A stretch of 34,903 nucleotides of DNA from a virus (taxonomy: Duplodnaviria > Caudoviricetes), in the IMG/VR virus record IMGVR_UViG_3300048823_000024, positions 1 through 34,903 of that record; one strand, given 5' to 3'. The notes under the pieces were generated by a model that was given only the letters and a program-made list of their open reading frames with translations, was not told where the DNA came from and searched no databases. Position 1 is the first letter of the stretch. Each line of letters begins with the position of its first letter. Position numbers and translations under genes: made by a program. This document shows positions 16,001-25,331 of this stretch, one piece after another.

Positions 16001-16862
16001 CCTGGAATTGAAACTTGTTGTAGCTGTTGGTATCCTTTGCCCCCAAAATAGAATTCCCTGCATCGTACCCAGGCTCCGACAGCCCCCACCGCGGGTTGTA
16101 CAACCCACTAACAGACACATAACCTAGAGTCGCCAACAGTTGCCCGTTAGGAGCCGGACTTACTCCTCCAATTGCCGGGCCATACAGAGCCGCATTTGTG
16201 TTCGACGGCTGCGTGTTGATCAGGCCGGAGGCGTTGATCTGAATCCCGGAAAAGCCCAGGTCAAATATATTTTGGCTGCAACCTACAGTCGCGCTCGACG
16301 AGTACCTCGCTATCGCGCCTGATGTAAACGGGGATGTGGCGCAAGGAGGCACCGGTGGGAAGTTTGAGTTATTCCCAGAAAATGGACCATAAGTTCCATA
16401 GCTGCTCACAATCCAATAATCAAACAGGCCGCCTGCATACCAGAAACCTACGTTTGCCGTCGTTCCCGATGATGCAGTACAAGTATTCCCAGGTAGCTGC
16501 ACCATCTGCGCGGTCGATGGGCACGTCGTCCCCTCTGTAGAATCCGTGTAGGTAGTGACCGGAGCCGCTTGGCAAGCTGCCAGCGTAGCCGATGGATGTG
16601 TGCAAACATAGACAAGCGAGTTCGCAACCCATAATGCTTGAGGCAATGGACCGCCAGAAATGGGAACGCTCGGCCCAGAAGTCAGTAATGGCAAATCGAC
16701 TCTAGCAGCCTGCCCAAAGGCGGAGACTGCGATGCAAAGCACACCTAGCGCAATCAGTAACCCTTTCCATGTATCGCGGGGCCAATCGCGCTCGTAGCAG
16801 ATTTCACCAACGGAATAAAGAACCCGCAGCGCGACCAATCCGAGAATGAAAATGAGAATCAC
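13062..16862 (-). CDS. Tail fibre/tailspike-like adhesin with signal-peptide-like N-terminus
   Basis: 1266 aa, G/S/T/A/N-rich beta-type composition, after the ejection genes and before lysis. About 30 Cys. N-terminus ...KGLLIALGVLCIAVSAFG-Q. Confidence 0.75.
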   Translation of the reverse strand: MILIFILGLVALRVLYSVGEICYERDWPRDTWKGLLIALGVLCIAVSAFGQAARVDLPLLTSGPSVPISGGPLPQALWVANSLVYVCTHPSATLAACQAAPVTTYTDSTEGTTCPSTAQMVQLPGNTCTASSGTTANVGFWYAGGLFDYWIVSSYGTYGPFSGNNSNFPPVPPCATSPFTSGAIARYSSSATVGCSQNIFDLGFSGIQINASGLINTQPSNTNAALYGPAIGGVSPAPNGQLLATLGYVSVSGLYNPRWGLSEPGYDAGNSILGAKDTNSYNKFQFQDFGSLLNDAVQTGNISVVQQTTPSGAPVATAYGTGATTYSYKIGICQGYSVATNTCQGMTVPGPASNTVTNASTLVGGNPPTVFNGIILPAGADYESCYYVLRSTNGGAYQSVAPCYQVGGDFIDTDNAPAPVTIPTQNTTGTVTAAGNSCGATIGGEWSVQCAPASAVVNAWALVAQVAGSASASSATVTVSATNYGTCNSGVCNGLTIQAPTIAGMASPLVTVSSSSLSGGTGTITLSAPTTAAITAGTVFNLYSITPTSYTTQYDVAFNNAVNTYYSTGNAQSVKARGIGTINTAAQSLWPQLSYPGAPTVLYPALPATVSVDLGGANLNWTGATINTNIANNCMLEKNDAAFQVFDVVNINLIVTNNEAPCSFDWQHLGENSKIDKIQGTPGTNWGYGSFAGEIKGMSQASLGSIAVIGCCSSGGGSGMAQAIANLSGTSGAHVTSVSNANNCSGTLGDHPGSGSSACLGYFPPTTWIEGPLGPHQVMGEISGKPISGGYGAPCFYQVPVILGNVNSSYQITSYTIVMDGSQNNAGLVGGCSSSTSTLTVWFDNNASAQWGLVVNGSDSNAANELVSDADGKRTATLFNVTSCTSTAGTGTGTIVLTYNPATGLPGTFVPGTIDPLTGVTQPVEFANFTGSAGGCALPGTSRSPTVNASANTITITGLTLTVSETVAQTGAIAYYTYEGCGEYLGLAHFGFVHSFYAACGFVAVGTEIDYAEDDTSYVVGFDENDVLSGPTVIHNIQHHQNYAAIGSGMTAEWQIGVILPGSSTAPLTIENSSASTPTSAYIGTNYANFAVASGVGDNAILPVWDHMWRIQDGTQSTLTYLKGTDGPQNFLGSISTADPTYQSSITESSSACATSFGTTTVNTGSATTTTALSCLPANSIIDAVVYRVTTSITTAASFTVGQTGSTSQYCSTQSTLTSGATGVCIPSAYALQASAAAVLVTFNATPGAGAIRVIVYYHSFVAPTS
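14487..14582 (-). repeat. Copy 2 of the 32-aa module (GYFPPTTWIEGPLGPHQVMGEISGKPISGGYG)
   Basis: In frame within the tail fibre gene. Aligns without gaps to 10835..10930. Confidence 0.95.
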
Positions 16863-18553
16863 TGTTCCCCCTTTTTGCGATCTAATTGAAGTGCGCCACC
16901 TACCAGCGGGCGTAATCCGTTAGCCTTATTTAGTGTTCGGGCAAGAGTCATTTGCCCCTCTGGAGAGGCAATAAGTTCTGGCGCAAGGACGCCAGTCAAG
17001 CCTCCGGCAATGGCACCCGGAACGCCACCTTCGCGATATCCCTGATAGCCCCCAATACCGCCAAGCGTCAATGCCCCGGTATGTGCCCCAAAACGTTGTG
17101 CAGCCCGCTGGAGAGTGGGAGCGCCACGGCTTATTGATTCCGCCCTCTGCGCCACAGGAATCAAGCTAGAGATACGCTGGTTCAGCCCTGCCGACTCTGG
17201 CACGGTGCGGTCAAGTTCTTGGTCGAGAGCGTTGTATGCCTGTCGCCCGGTAGAGAGTGCGCTCTTATGTGTCTCTGGATTCCATGTTAAATGCTGATCG
17301 TTAAAACCTCTTTTGAGGTCGAGTAGTTGCCGGGGTGTAACATTTTCAGGAATCTCCGCGCCAGTATCGAAATGCCTAGATAACGTGTCGCCCATGTCTG
17401 TCAACTGTCCATGTAAAGCCGCCGCATTTTGACGCAAAGCTGTGTCAGCAGATGTGTTGATGATAGAACGCGCCGGCCGAAGCGAAGCAACCGGATTGGA
17501 CTCGATTGTTGGCGGAATGGATGCGCTCATTTCCGGTTGGCGCAATAATGTTCCCATTCGCGTTGTCACCTGCTGAGGATTCTGGAGCGGTGTAACGCGC
17601 CCAGAAAGCTCAGGATGCTCCGATCCGCTTAGATAATGAGGATTAGAAAACGGCAAGTCTTCTATACTCCCACCTTCGCGGCGAAGTTGAAATGGCTCCT
17701 CTGGATTGACCCGTGCCGGAAATCCCATCGGGCTCATCTTAGGGTTGCGCGGAGTTGGCGCGGGCGCCAGTGGAATTTCTTCACGTGGAGGAGGTAAGAA
17801 TCCAGCAATGCGTGGAGCAGGACGCACACTGGCTGCATCCGCCGCTTGTTCAAGTTGAGGGTTCAACTTCCCTAAACGCTCTTGTGCACTAGCAGCAATT
17901 GTGGATGGACGTATTCCACGTGTTTCATCCAACAACGCCGTTCCCGGAGTCTTGCCAAATGCGCGAGCCGCCTTGGGGAGTCCCAGTGCCGTCTCGGCGA
18001 TAACAGGTGCCGCCGCTTTCAATCCTTGCCCAAGTACCTGCCCACCGGCTCCCATCAATGCGCCAGTAACAGGAGAGCCGCCCTGGGCCGTATTAACCGC
18101 ACTCGATCCTGCTGCCGATGTCAAGATGTGCGCCAACGGATCAGCATATTTACCAAGTTTCGGAGCAAGTTCGGCCAGTTTAAGAGCGCCCTTTTCCTCC
18201 GCCTCTCCGGGGATCATAAACTCGGCTGTTTGTTCCAGCCCCTTACCTATTGCCCCGGCTGTTCCGTGCGTCTGGAAAAGCGGACTATTCGGGTCAGCCT
18301 TCGGTGCGCCCATCTTCTCGGCAAGCCAACCCGCAGGCCGCCCAATCGTGCTGAGCGTGTGAAGTGCCCCAGAACCGATCCCGCCGAAGAAATCTCCTAC
18401 TCCGCCTGCTGCTTTCTGGAGCATTGAGGGTTCCGGCGGAGGCGCGGACGGAGCATTACCTTGGGGCGCGACTGTCTGCCAATCGCCGGGGTCATTCACG
18501 GTTTGCCAATCATTCGGCTCTTTTATTGCTGCTTTGGCTTGCCCGCTTGCCAT
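16859..18553 (-). CDS. Putative DNA ejection (internal virion) protein
   Basis: Gly/Ala-rich helical protein with an N-terminal DWQTV tandem repeat and glycine-zipper-like segments. Third of three such genes, as in P22 gp7/gp20/gp16 synteny. Confidence 0.65.
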   Translation of the reverse strand: MASGQAKAAIKEPNDWQTVNDPGDWQTVAPQGNAPSAPPPEPSMLQKAAGGVGDFFGGIGSGALHTLSTIGRPAGWLAEKMGAPKADPNSPLFQTHGTAGAIGKGLEQTAEFMIPGEAEEKGALKLAELAPKLGKYADPLAHILTSAAGSSAVNTAQGGSPVTGALMGAGGQVLGQGLKAAAPVIAETALGLPKAARAFGKTPGTALLDETRGIRPSTIAASAQERLGKLNPQLEQAADAASVRPAPRIAGFLPPPREEIPLAPAPTPRNPKMSPMGFPARVNPEEPFQLRREGGSIEDLPFSNPHYLSGSEHPELSGRVTPLQNPQQVTTRMGTLLRQPEMSASIPPTIESNPVASLRPARSIINTSADTALRQNAAALHGQLTDMGDTLSRHFDTGAEIPENVTPRQLLDLKRGFNDQHLTWNPETHKSALSTGRQAYNALDQELDRTVPESAGLNQRISSLIPVAQRAESISRGAPTLQRAAQRFGAHTGALTLGGIGGYQGYREGGVPGAIAGGLTGVLAPELIASPEGQMTLARTLNKANGLRPLVGGALQLDRKKGEQ

Positions 18554-19950
18554 GTCTCCCCCCCGTCTGTCGAATATCTATCCTGCCCGGTACTGGCCGA
18601 ATGTTGGACAATTACCTGTGCGCCGCCCTGTGCTGGCTGGTTGCCGCCTTCGCCTCGTCCCTCTCTTTGATAACCCTCCAACCACTTGTCGGCGTGAAGG
18701 ATACGAGCCTTCAAATCCTCTGGAGACTGCGCTTGGCTCAAATCTTTCTTGAGTCCTTCAATGAAATGCTGACCACCGCCCCGTGCCCCAAAGTGAGCTA
18801 CCGCTAAAGCACTGGCGTACAAACCTAAATCCTGGTCAAGGGCCGCATAATCAGGATCGTTCATGCCGCCTTTTTTCACCCAAAAATTATTCCATCGCCC
18901 CGCTCCCGGCCCAATCTTTTCACTCAACTTGTCAATCTCTTGTAGCATGGTTGGGGCCATTTGCAAAATCGTGTCCGACATTTCCCCCCTAGCCCTGGAA
19001 TTGTTGGTTACTCCATTCGCTCCGCCCTTCCCTCCACCTGTTGAAGCTACCCTAATCCGGGCAACAGCCTCACGAGTGCGATCCTGCGCGTCTTCGGCGC
19101 TTTTGCGCTCATCTGCGGCAATCTGAGCGGCTGTTTTCTTTGCCTCTGCTCCTGTTTGGGCTACTTGCTCACGACCAGCAACCGTCGCGTTTGTCGTGTT
19201 TTCTCTCGTCTGATTCCCGCTAAAAGTCTTTTCCATCAGCGCCCATGTAGCAGGAGTTTCCATCATTCCCTGAATCTCTGGATGATCTTTTACAAGAGCA
19301 TCAGGCGGCGGAACTTGAACTCCCGCCGCCGTCTGCTGCTGTGCGCGTTCCGTCTGTGCAGCGTGTAGCGGAACTTCAGACTGTTGCGCTTGCGTCTCCG
19401 CCTCTTTCCCCGCGTTGCCAATATCCTGCGTTAGTGCCTGGTTCACGTGGCCCAACTGTGCAGCGTGGTAGCCCGCTGTGCCGGGAATCATGCGTTCTGC
19501 GATCTGGCCCGGAACTGTGAGCGACAATCCAATATCCCCCAGCGTGGCGAGACCTTGTGCACCGATGCCTAGAACCTTCCCCAGAACAGGGTGATTCGGC
19601 ATGGCGCTTTCAATCCGCGAATGAATCTGCGATAGGCCGCTGCCTGTACTTAACAGCCGATCCCGCTCCTGTTCATCCCCCTCCTGCGTCCCACGTTGCG
19701 CTACAGGGCCGCTCTTCTGGCCAAAGGGTCCAAACACTACCGGCTGCTTACTGGGCGTCGGAGAGGGCATTGGCTTCTCAGGAAGGCTTATCTGCGGAGG
19801 CGGTTGCTGTCCTGCTGGCGGCATAGTGGCCCCTTGCGGCTGTGGAGGCTGCTGCGCCCCGCCCTGTGAAGCCATGAACGCAGCCTTGAGGGTAGGATTG
19901 TCGAGAATCGGATTGCCCGTCGGTTGCGGGATAATTGCCTGAGTCCCCAT
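18523..19950 (-). CDS. Putative DNA ejection (internal virion) protein
   Basis: Q/P/A-rich, helical, middle gene of the ejection trio. Confidence 0.65.
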   Translation of the reverse strand: MGTQAIIPQPTGNPILDNPTLKAAFMASQGGAQQPPQPQGATMPPAGQQPPPQISLPEKPMPSPTPSKQPVVFGPFGQKSGPVAQRGTQEGDEQERDRLLSTGSGLSQIHSRIESAMPNHPVLGKVLGIGAQGLATLGDIGLSLTVPGQIAERMIPGTAGYHAAQLGHVNQALTQDIGNAGKEAETQAQQSEVPLHAAQTERAQQQTAAGVQVPPPDALVKDHPEIQGMMETPATWALMEKTFSGNQTRENTTNATVAGREQVAQTGAEAKKTAAQIAADERKSAEDAQDRTREAVARIRVASTGGGKGGANGVTNNSRARGEMSDTILQMAPTMLQEIDKLSEKIGPGAGRWNNFWVKKGGMNDPDYAALDQDLGLYASALAVAHFGARGGGQHFIEGLKKDLSQAQSPEDLKARILHADKWLEGYQREGRGEGGNQPAQGGAQVIVQHSASTGQDRYSTDGGETWQAGKPKQQ

Positions 19951-20508
19951 TTATCCGCCTCCCCCTGCCATCTCTGCCCCCTTCTGCGCGTTGGAATCCG
20001 CCTGCATATAGAGCTTCAGCCACGGATTGTTTGCCGCGCTCTGATCCGCACCAGAAAGCGCAGAATTACTCAGCCCAAGAGCGTTCTCTCCGCCGCTCAG
20101 TTCCGTGCTGTTGAGGCTACTCAACCCGCCCAATGCCCCGGCTTGCTTCTTCTGAGTAAGGTTCGCATCCGCCATTTCTGTGCCTACTGCCTCACGCGAA
20201 AGATTGCTGCCTGCTGAGCGCACTGCCGAGCCGATAGCGTTTTGCGCCGCTCCTGCGTTCCTCGTCCGGGCTGCATACAAGCCACCCTGCCCCACAGCAC
20301 CCGCAGTTGAACCGCCTCCCGACTGCTGCGCGGCGGTATTCATGTTCGCCTTCTGCATTGGCGTATAGCCGGAAGGATGCGAGGCTTGGGCCTGTAGTGT
20401 CGGCTCCAAGCCACCGTAGATGTTTGCTGCGTTAGCGGTCAGATTGTTGGAAAGGTTCTGCGCCGTCGCACTGTTCGCCAATTGTTGGCCTTCAACACCC
20501 TTCGGCAT
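19951..20508 (-). CDS. Putative small ejection protein (P22 gp7-like position)
   Basis: Start reassigned to ATG 20508 (MPKGVEG) behind AAGGGGG. A/G/N/Q/S-rich. Confidence 0.65.
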   Translation of the reverse strand: MPKGVEGQQLANSATAQNLSNNLTANAANIYGGLEPTLQAQASHPSGYTPMQKANMNTAAQQSGGGSTAGAVGQGGLYAARTRNAGAAQNAIGSAVRSAGSNLSREAVGTEMADANLTQKKQAGALGGLSSLNSTELSGGENALGLSNSALSGADQSAANNPWLKLYMQADSNAQKGAEMAGGGG

Positions 20509-20914
20509 TTGATTCCCCCTTCCAATCCGAAATGCTGTATGCTGGCCATGTTTTCTCCCACCCAAACCATTTTCTCAAATGCCGCCCGTAAGCCTTTTCG
20601 ATGGATGGCGGGATGAACGCGAAACCTTCCTTGTACCCTTTGCTTGCTATAGTATCGCGTATTGCTCCGTGGAGTAACCTGATTCCTTCCATCTTGACCA
20701 TCGGGTGCAACTGACCGGCTGGAGAAAGAAGGTATATCTCCAGCGTCCGCTGTGCAACTGCCGCCATGATAACCTCGCCGCGCTCGTCTACGACCAGTTC
20801 TGCCGCTTCGATCATAGGCGAGGAAAGATCGGGCATCTCAAACTCAAGCCCGCTCTGCGCGTAAAACTGGCGCATCATTTTCCGATCTTCCGAATTGGCG
20901 GCGCGTGTCTTCAC
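20492..20914 (-). CDS. GNAT-like virion assembly protein
   Basis: 140 aa. Begins MKTRAA..ED and ends R.L.K.FGW, at the position of acetyltransferase-like genes between tail and ejection genes in podoviruses. Confidence 0.5.
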   Translation of the reverse strand: MKTRAANSEDRKMMRQFYAQSGLEFEMPDLSSPMIEAAELVVDERGEVIMAAVAQRTLEIYLLSPAGQLHPMVKMEGIRLLHGAIRDTIASKGYKEGFAFIPPSIEKAYGRHLRKWFGWEKTWPAYSISDWKGESNAEGC

Positions 20915-21453
20915 TTTCCCCTCACTGGCGGCTTGCTCCCGCGATATGGTCCGCCAAACCCAGGCGGCTGACTAGCCCGCGTTGTTCCGGCGCCCTGCGA
21001 AGGAAGTAGCGATGTACCCCCCCCTCCTCCGGTCACAGTCTTGGGATAGCGAACCGCGCTCGAAGATAAGCCGCTCGGATAGGTAGTGCGGACCTGATAA
21101 CTTGCTTTCAATTTTCCTACAGGCAGAATCCCGTTTCTCGAAGCCCCCACATCGTAGGTATGCGTCACTGTTCCAGCCGTGGCATCGATGCGATAAGTAG
21201 CGCCTTTGTAGAAATCAGCGTTGTGTGTAATCGAGAATTGGACTCCTTGAGGATGCGATACGACCTTCAACGCATCAGGCGCGGGCGGGGGAGCGGGAGT
21301 TCCATGCAGATTACTATTCGTCTGAGTCTCCAGGGTATTCACGCCAGAGATGATGTCCTTCACCATCTCGTGCAGTCTTGCACCTGCATCGTCAGGCAAA
21401 GTGTTACCTTTGAGAGAACGGAGCCAGTCGAGATTGCGCACCTGTAGAGGCAT
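20911..21453 (-). CDS. Hypothetical virion protein (possible Fn3/Ig-like domain)
   Basis: TAATG-coupled to the upstream gene. N-terminal helix, PAPPPAP linker, then beta-rich ...YQVRTTYPSGLSS. Confidence 0.65.
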   Translation of the reverse strand: MPLQVRNLDWLRSLKGNTLPDDAGARLHEMVKDIISGVNTLETQTNSNLHGTPAPPPAPDALKVVSHPQGVQFSITHNADFYKGATYRIDATAGTVTHTYDVGASRNGILPVGKLKASYQVRTTYPSGLSSSAVRYPKTVTGGGGGTSLLPSQGAGTTRASQPPGFGGPYRGSKPPVRGK

Positions 21454-24400
21454 TATTTATTCACCCCCGACATGATGAGCTTGGCATCCCGCAGAAACGC
21501 GGTCAGCCGTGACATGACGAAACTATTGTCCGTGCCGGCAATAGGCGAACTGCTGATCTTGATTGCGATTCTTTCCCCGGTGCACATCCCGCCGCCAAAT
21601 TGCCTGTCCTTGTAGAACCCCGGCGTCAATACTCGCGTCGTGCTGAGAGGCCACGGATTCGCCAAATCATCAGGATAATAAGTTGCTGTTACCTGCGAAT
21701 TCACGTCTCCCGCTTGCGGCTGAATATAAGCCATCAAGTAGGCCAAAAGCAGCCGTTGTCCTTTGAGTTGCAGCGCCATTGCTTTTTCAGGGTCGATAAA
21801 AAAGTACGTTGTGTAATACGGGTAAATCTGACCAAAATCATCGTCTGTGAATTTAGCTGGATTCAGTGTGTAGACATTCCCATACCCCCCCGTCACTCCG
21901 GGAGTCTGGCCGTTGCCGCCGCCTACAACCAACGAGAGCGCACCGGCAGCGCGGTACAATCGTGCTGCGCAATTTGCCTGGATATGCCACGGTCCCCACT
22001 TGCGGGAATTGTCCGTTGCAATCAATTTTCCCGCAAACGACGGATGGAACGGTGGGCTGTTTGCTATTGACTGCGCACTGCCTAGATTCCGGTAGTTGAG
22101 AACATAAATTCTGTTCGGGGCGGTCGCCGTCCCTATCGGTAAGCCAAACATCAGCAGGCGTTGCACAGGGTCATTCACTCCCCACGCCGTCAGAGAAGCC
22201 GCCATATTGATTTGCAAACCATTGTTAGGCCGGGTCGGGTCGTACCAGTTCGGTTGGATCTCTTGGCTGATCTTTTCCGCCTGCCCGCCGCCAAAGATGA
22301 TTGCTGCGCCCTCAGATGGCCATGCCATCCACTCATCGCCGCCGGACGCCGCCGTATCGTCCGCCTGTGAGTGCGTAAGTCCAAAAGCCGAGAGAACGCC
22401 GCAATTGGCCGCCACTTCGTCTATCTCCCAGCCGGAAGGCTCATTCGTTGCGCTGCCACTGGTTTCATGGAGTCGTCCTGTAGGAGCTTGAGTAAGCAGA
22501 TAAAGCGAACTGCGCAGAATTTCCATGTCCATCAGCTTTGACGGATCATCCGCGCCGAACTCTCCCGTTGTGCCGTCAAATCCCTCTGGATTTTTGACGT
22601 AACTCGCATTGGCAAGCTGGTCGGTATAGGGAGTTTCTGTCGGTATCGGCCATAGTTCATCGACGGTCAGCGTATATGCGATTCCCGTTACAGAGTTGGC
22701 AACACTGAAAGTGAAGTCGCTTGGGATATTGAGCGGAGTTGCAGCCGAAAAAGTTGCCTCAAGAAATGAGCCATTCGCATTCATGGCGCTATTCAAGATT
22801 GTGGCCGTGGCGCTGAAACTGGTAGACACACTACTTAGCGTAGCAACAAAATTAGGACCGCCCGCCCCAACAAAGGATGGCTGGAGCCAGACCCGGATCT
22901 TGTAAGTCAGATTCCCGGTAAAGATTGGATCGCCATAGCAGTCCTGATAGGCCGACTGAGAAAGTGTTGTGGCAATGTTTGTGTTGGAAAACTCCCACTG
23001 TCCACCAGCGGGACGGCCCGCTAATGCGAGTACCGTGCCGCCATTCCCGGTAATCGTCCACCCCTGCGGCGCTGTCACTCCGGCGGCATCCGCATCGAAG
23101 CCCATATTGAGAAGATTCTGAATTGTGTTGCGCTGGCCCCACGTTGTCAGCCGCGAGAGATACGCGCCGAATCCGAGCGCCCCATCAAGCACTATCTGAT
23201 TGGCGATATTGTTCCCAACGATACTTACACCGATTGCAGCATAGAGCGTATCATCCGAGAAATCAAGCAACACGGAAGTTGTTGTGTTGTCATCAATCTG
23301 CGTTGCCGTTGAAACGACCTGCCCTTCAAGCATCGCGGGAACTGGAATGTAGAAGAACGGCGGCAACTCTCCAGGAACATCAGGCTGCGCTCCAGTGAAT
23401 AAAAGAATGCGCCCAACCCAGTTCGAGGGACCAGGAAGAATGTTTGAAACGCTCACATACTGGCCGCCATTTGCAATGAATGTGGTAAATGGCCCCGGCG
23501 CGGTGATAGCACCTTGCCGCGTAATTCCGCACATGGCGCATAGATGCAGACCGGGCGCACATTGACCAAATGGAGTTACCGTGCCAATTGCACTTGTAGA
23601 ACCATTCGGACCTGGTTGAAAATACGTGAAAGTGGTTGCACTTGGAATGGTCGTAACAAAAAAGGTTCCTTCCCAAATAAATCCCACCGTTCCTGTTGCC
23701 CATGTCCCATCCGCGTAAGTCACTTGGACATAGAAGGTTGTCGTCGTCGGGCAGGAATCAACCTCGAAATATGTTGGGGTGGGCGTGTCATCTGGTATCG
23801 GCCATGCTACTGAAATCGTTCCCGTGTTGGTTGTCGCATCGATTACGTCGGGATCGGTTGCGGTGATTGGAGTTTGGTTATACGTCACTTGATTAGGAGA
23901 CGGAACCTTTTCAACGGTAAAAGTACCATTGAAACTAAACGTCGTACTGCCTGTCGAAGTGGTGATCCCGTTGTTTTGAATAACTGAACCAGGGGTAAGA
24001 TTGTGGCTGGCAACCGTAGTAATCGTCGTCACACCGGCAGACCATTGCGCACCGGAAACATTTGCGACGATAGCCGGTTCCACGCCGACAATCGAAATAT
24101 CCTCTTGAGGAGCTAAACCATGTGGCTGTGTGGTAGTCACAAGCGCGAGACCGGGCGCTACTTCATTGTTGATGACAATTGAAGAGATGATCGCAACCGT
24201 CCCGCTCCCGGAGAGCGTGTAGTACACCGTCATTTGGTAGGGAATATACAAAAACACGCGATTCCCAAGAGCAATTGAGACAGCAAAACCGAACGAAGGA
24301 TCATTGACTATAGATGGAGTGAGTGAGCCTCCCCACAAGTCACCCGCACCGCCATTGGGGAAATTTCCAATTGTGGGAAATGAAGGTATTGCGCTACTAG

Positions 24401-25328
24401 GTGTTTTCGCTGTTCCTATCTGACCGCTACTATTCCAGAGGGCGACCGCTGCAACGGTAGATGTAGATGTTCCCTGCGCCGCCGAATTAAAGTCGATTTG
24501 GACGCCTAGGATAGTCGCGTTTGATGGGATAGAAAAATTAAAGCCGGAGCATACCCAGGCCGATAACGGTGTCGTCCCAGAAAATACATCTGTGCGCCAC
24601 TCGTTCCCGTCCCAACTCCAGTACGGGCCTGTTCCAGTTTGGCTCCCCGGAGCCGGAGAGGTTTTAGTCTGATTTACCGTAGTCGAATTAGAATCCGGCA
24701 CGTTGGCAATCTGCGCCTGATACCCAACATTCAAGCCGTGGGGCGTAGCCGTTGCTGCTAACACCTGATTGGCGATGCGTGTGAGCGTATTGCCTGATGC
24801 AGCCATATTGACCGCTGGAAGGGCTACGCTGGTCACCGTGGGCGGCATAGCGGGTCCGTTCTGCGTCACGCGATCAAGATAGGTTCCATCCCATTGCAGA
24901 GGAACTTCCGCGCCATGCAGTCCGTCAGAGATTGCGATGTATACGCGCCCAAACGTGCCTGTGAACTTCGCATAGCTCCCCGGTGTGGATTGGAACAGTT
25001 GTGTGTATGCGCCCGGAGTAATGCTGAAATACTCAATCCAGAGAATCCCGTTGGAATCAAAATAGAGATTCTGAATCTGGCCAGTGGGTAGCGTATAGCT
25101 GTACATCCCGACGATTGTCGGCACGTAATCATTCGGCCCCCCAGCGGCGAAAGGAGAGGCCAAACACCGCTGGAGAGCAGGCCGCGACCCGACAGAGCCG
25201 GGAGCGAACGCCACATCGCCGCAGTCCGGCGAGATGTTTTCAGGAACCGCATTGGGCGAGACTTCCGTAACCCATGACCCATAGACGGTCAAAGGGACAG
25301 GAACCGCGCCCGCAGCGTTGATTCCCAT
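21453..25328 (-). CDS. Tail hub/DNA stabilization protein (P22 gp10-like) with large inserted beta-domains
   Basis: 1291 aa after the adaptor. C-terminal ...CG......W....G...F.G....KISQEIQP.W...IYVLNY propeller-like pattern. Internal T.PHGL.VG-type repeats. Confidence 0.7.
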   Translation of the reverse strand: MGINAAGAVPVPLTVYGSWVTEVSPNAVPENISPDCGDVAFAPGSVGSRPALQRCLASPFAAGGPNDYVPTIVGMYSYTLPTGQIQNLYFDSNGILWIEYFSITPGAYTQLFQSTPGSYAKFTGTFGRVYIAISDGLHGAEVPLQWDGTYLDRVTQNGPAMPPTVTSVALPAVNMAASGNTLTRIANQVLAATATPHGLNVGYQAQIANVPDSNSTTVNQTKTSPAPGSQTGTGPYWSWDGNEWRTDVFSGTTPLSAWVCSGFNFSIPSNATILGVQIDFNSAAQGTSTSTVAAVALWNSSGQIGTAKTPSSAIPSFPTIGNFPNGGAGDLWGGSLTPSIVNDPSFGFAVSIALGNRVFLYIPYQMTVYYTLSGSGTVAIISSIVINNEVAPGLALVTTTQPHGLAPQEDISIVGVEPAIVANVSGAQWSAGVTTITTVASHNLTPGSVIQNNGITTSTGSTTFSFNGTFTVEKVPSPNQVTYNQTPITATDPDVIDATTNTGTISVAWPIPDDTPTPTYFEVDSCPTTTTFYVQVTYADGTWATGTVGFIWEGTFFVTTIPSATTFTYFQPGPNGSTSAIGTVTPFGQCAPGLHLCAMCGITRQGAITAPGPFTTFIANGGQYVSVSNILPGPSNWVGRILLFTGAQPDVPGELPPFFYIPVPAMLEGQVVSTATQIDDNTTTSVLLDFSDDTLYAAIGVSIVGNNIANQIVLDGALGFGAYLSRLTTWGQRNTIQNLLNMGFDADAAGVTAPQGWTITGNGGTVLALAGRPAGGQWEFSNTNIATTLSQSAYQDCYGDPIFTGNLTYKIRVWLQPSFVGAGGPNFVATLSSVSTSFSATATILNSAMNANGSFLEATFSAATPLNIPSDFTFSVANSVTGIAYTLTVDELWPIPTETPYTDQLANASYVKNPEGFDGTTGEFGADDPSKLMDMEILRSSLYLLTQAPTGRLHETSGSATNEPSGWEIDEVAANCGVLSAFGLTHSQADDTAASGGDEWMAWPSEGAAIIFGGGQAEKISQEIQPNWYDPTRPNNGLQINMAASLTAWGVNDPVQRLLMFGLPIGTATAPNRIYVLNYRNLGSAQSIANSPPFHPSFAGKLIATDNSRKWGPWHIQANCAARLYRAAGALSLVVGGGNGQTPGVTGGYGNVYTLNPAKFTDDDFGQIYPYYTTYFFIDPEKAMALQLKGQRLLLAYLMAYIQPQAGDVNSQVTATYYPDDLANPWPLSTTRVLTPGFYKDRQFGGGMCTGERIAIKISSSPIAGTDNSFVMSRLTAFLRDAKLIMSGVNK

Positions 25329-25331
25329 GAA

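Noticed and set aside
18470-18520. DWQTV tandem repeat at the N-terminus of the ejection protein as a separate element
   Set aside because: Short acidic/aromatic repeats are common at the start of podovirus ejection proteins.
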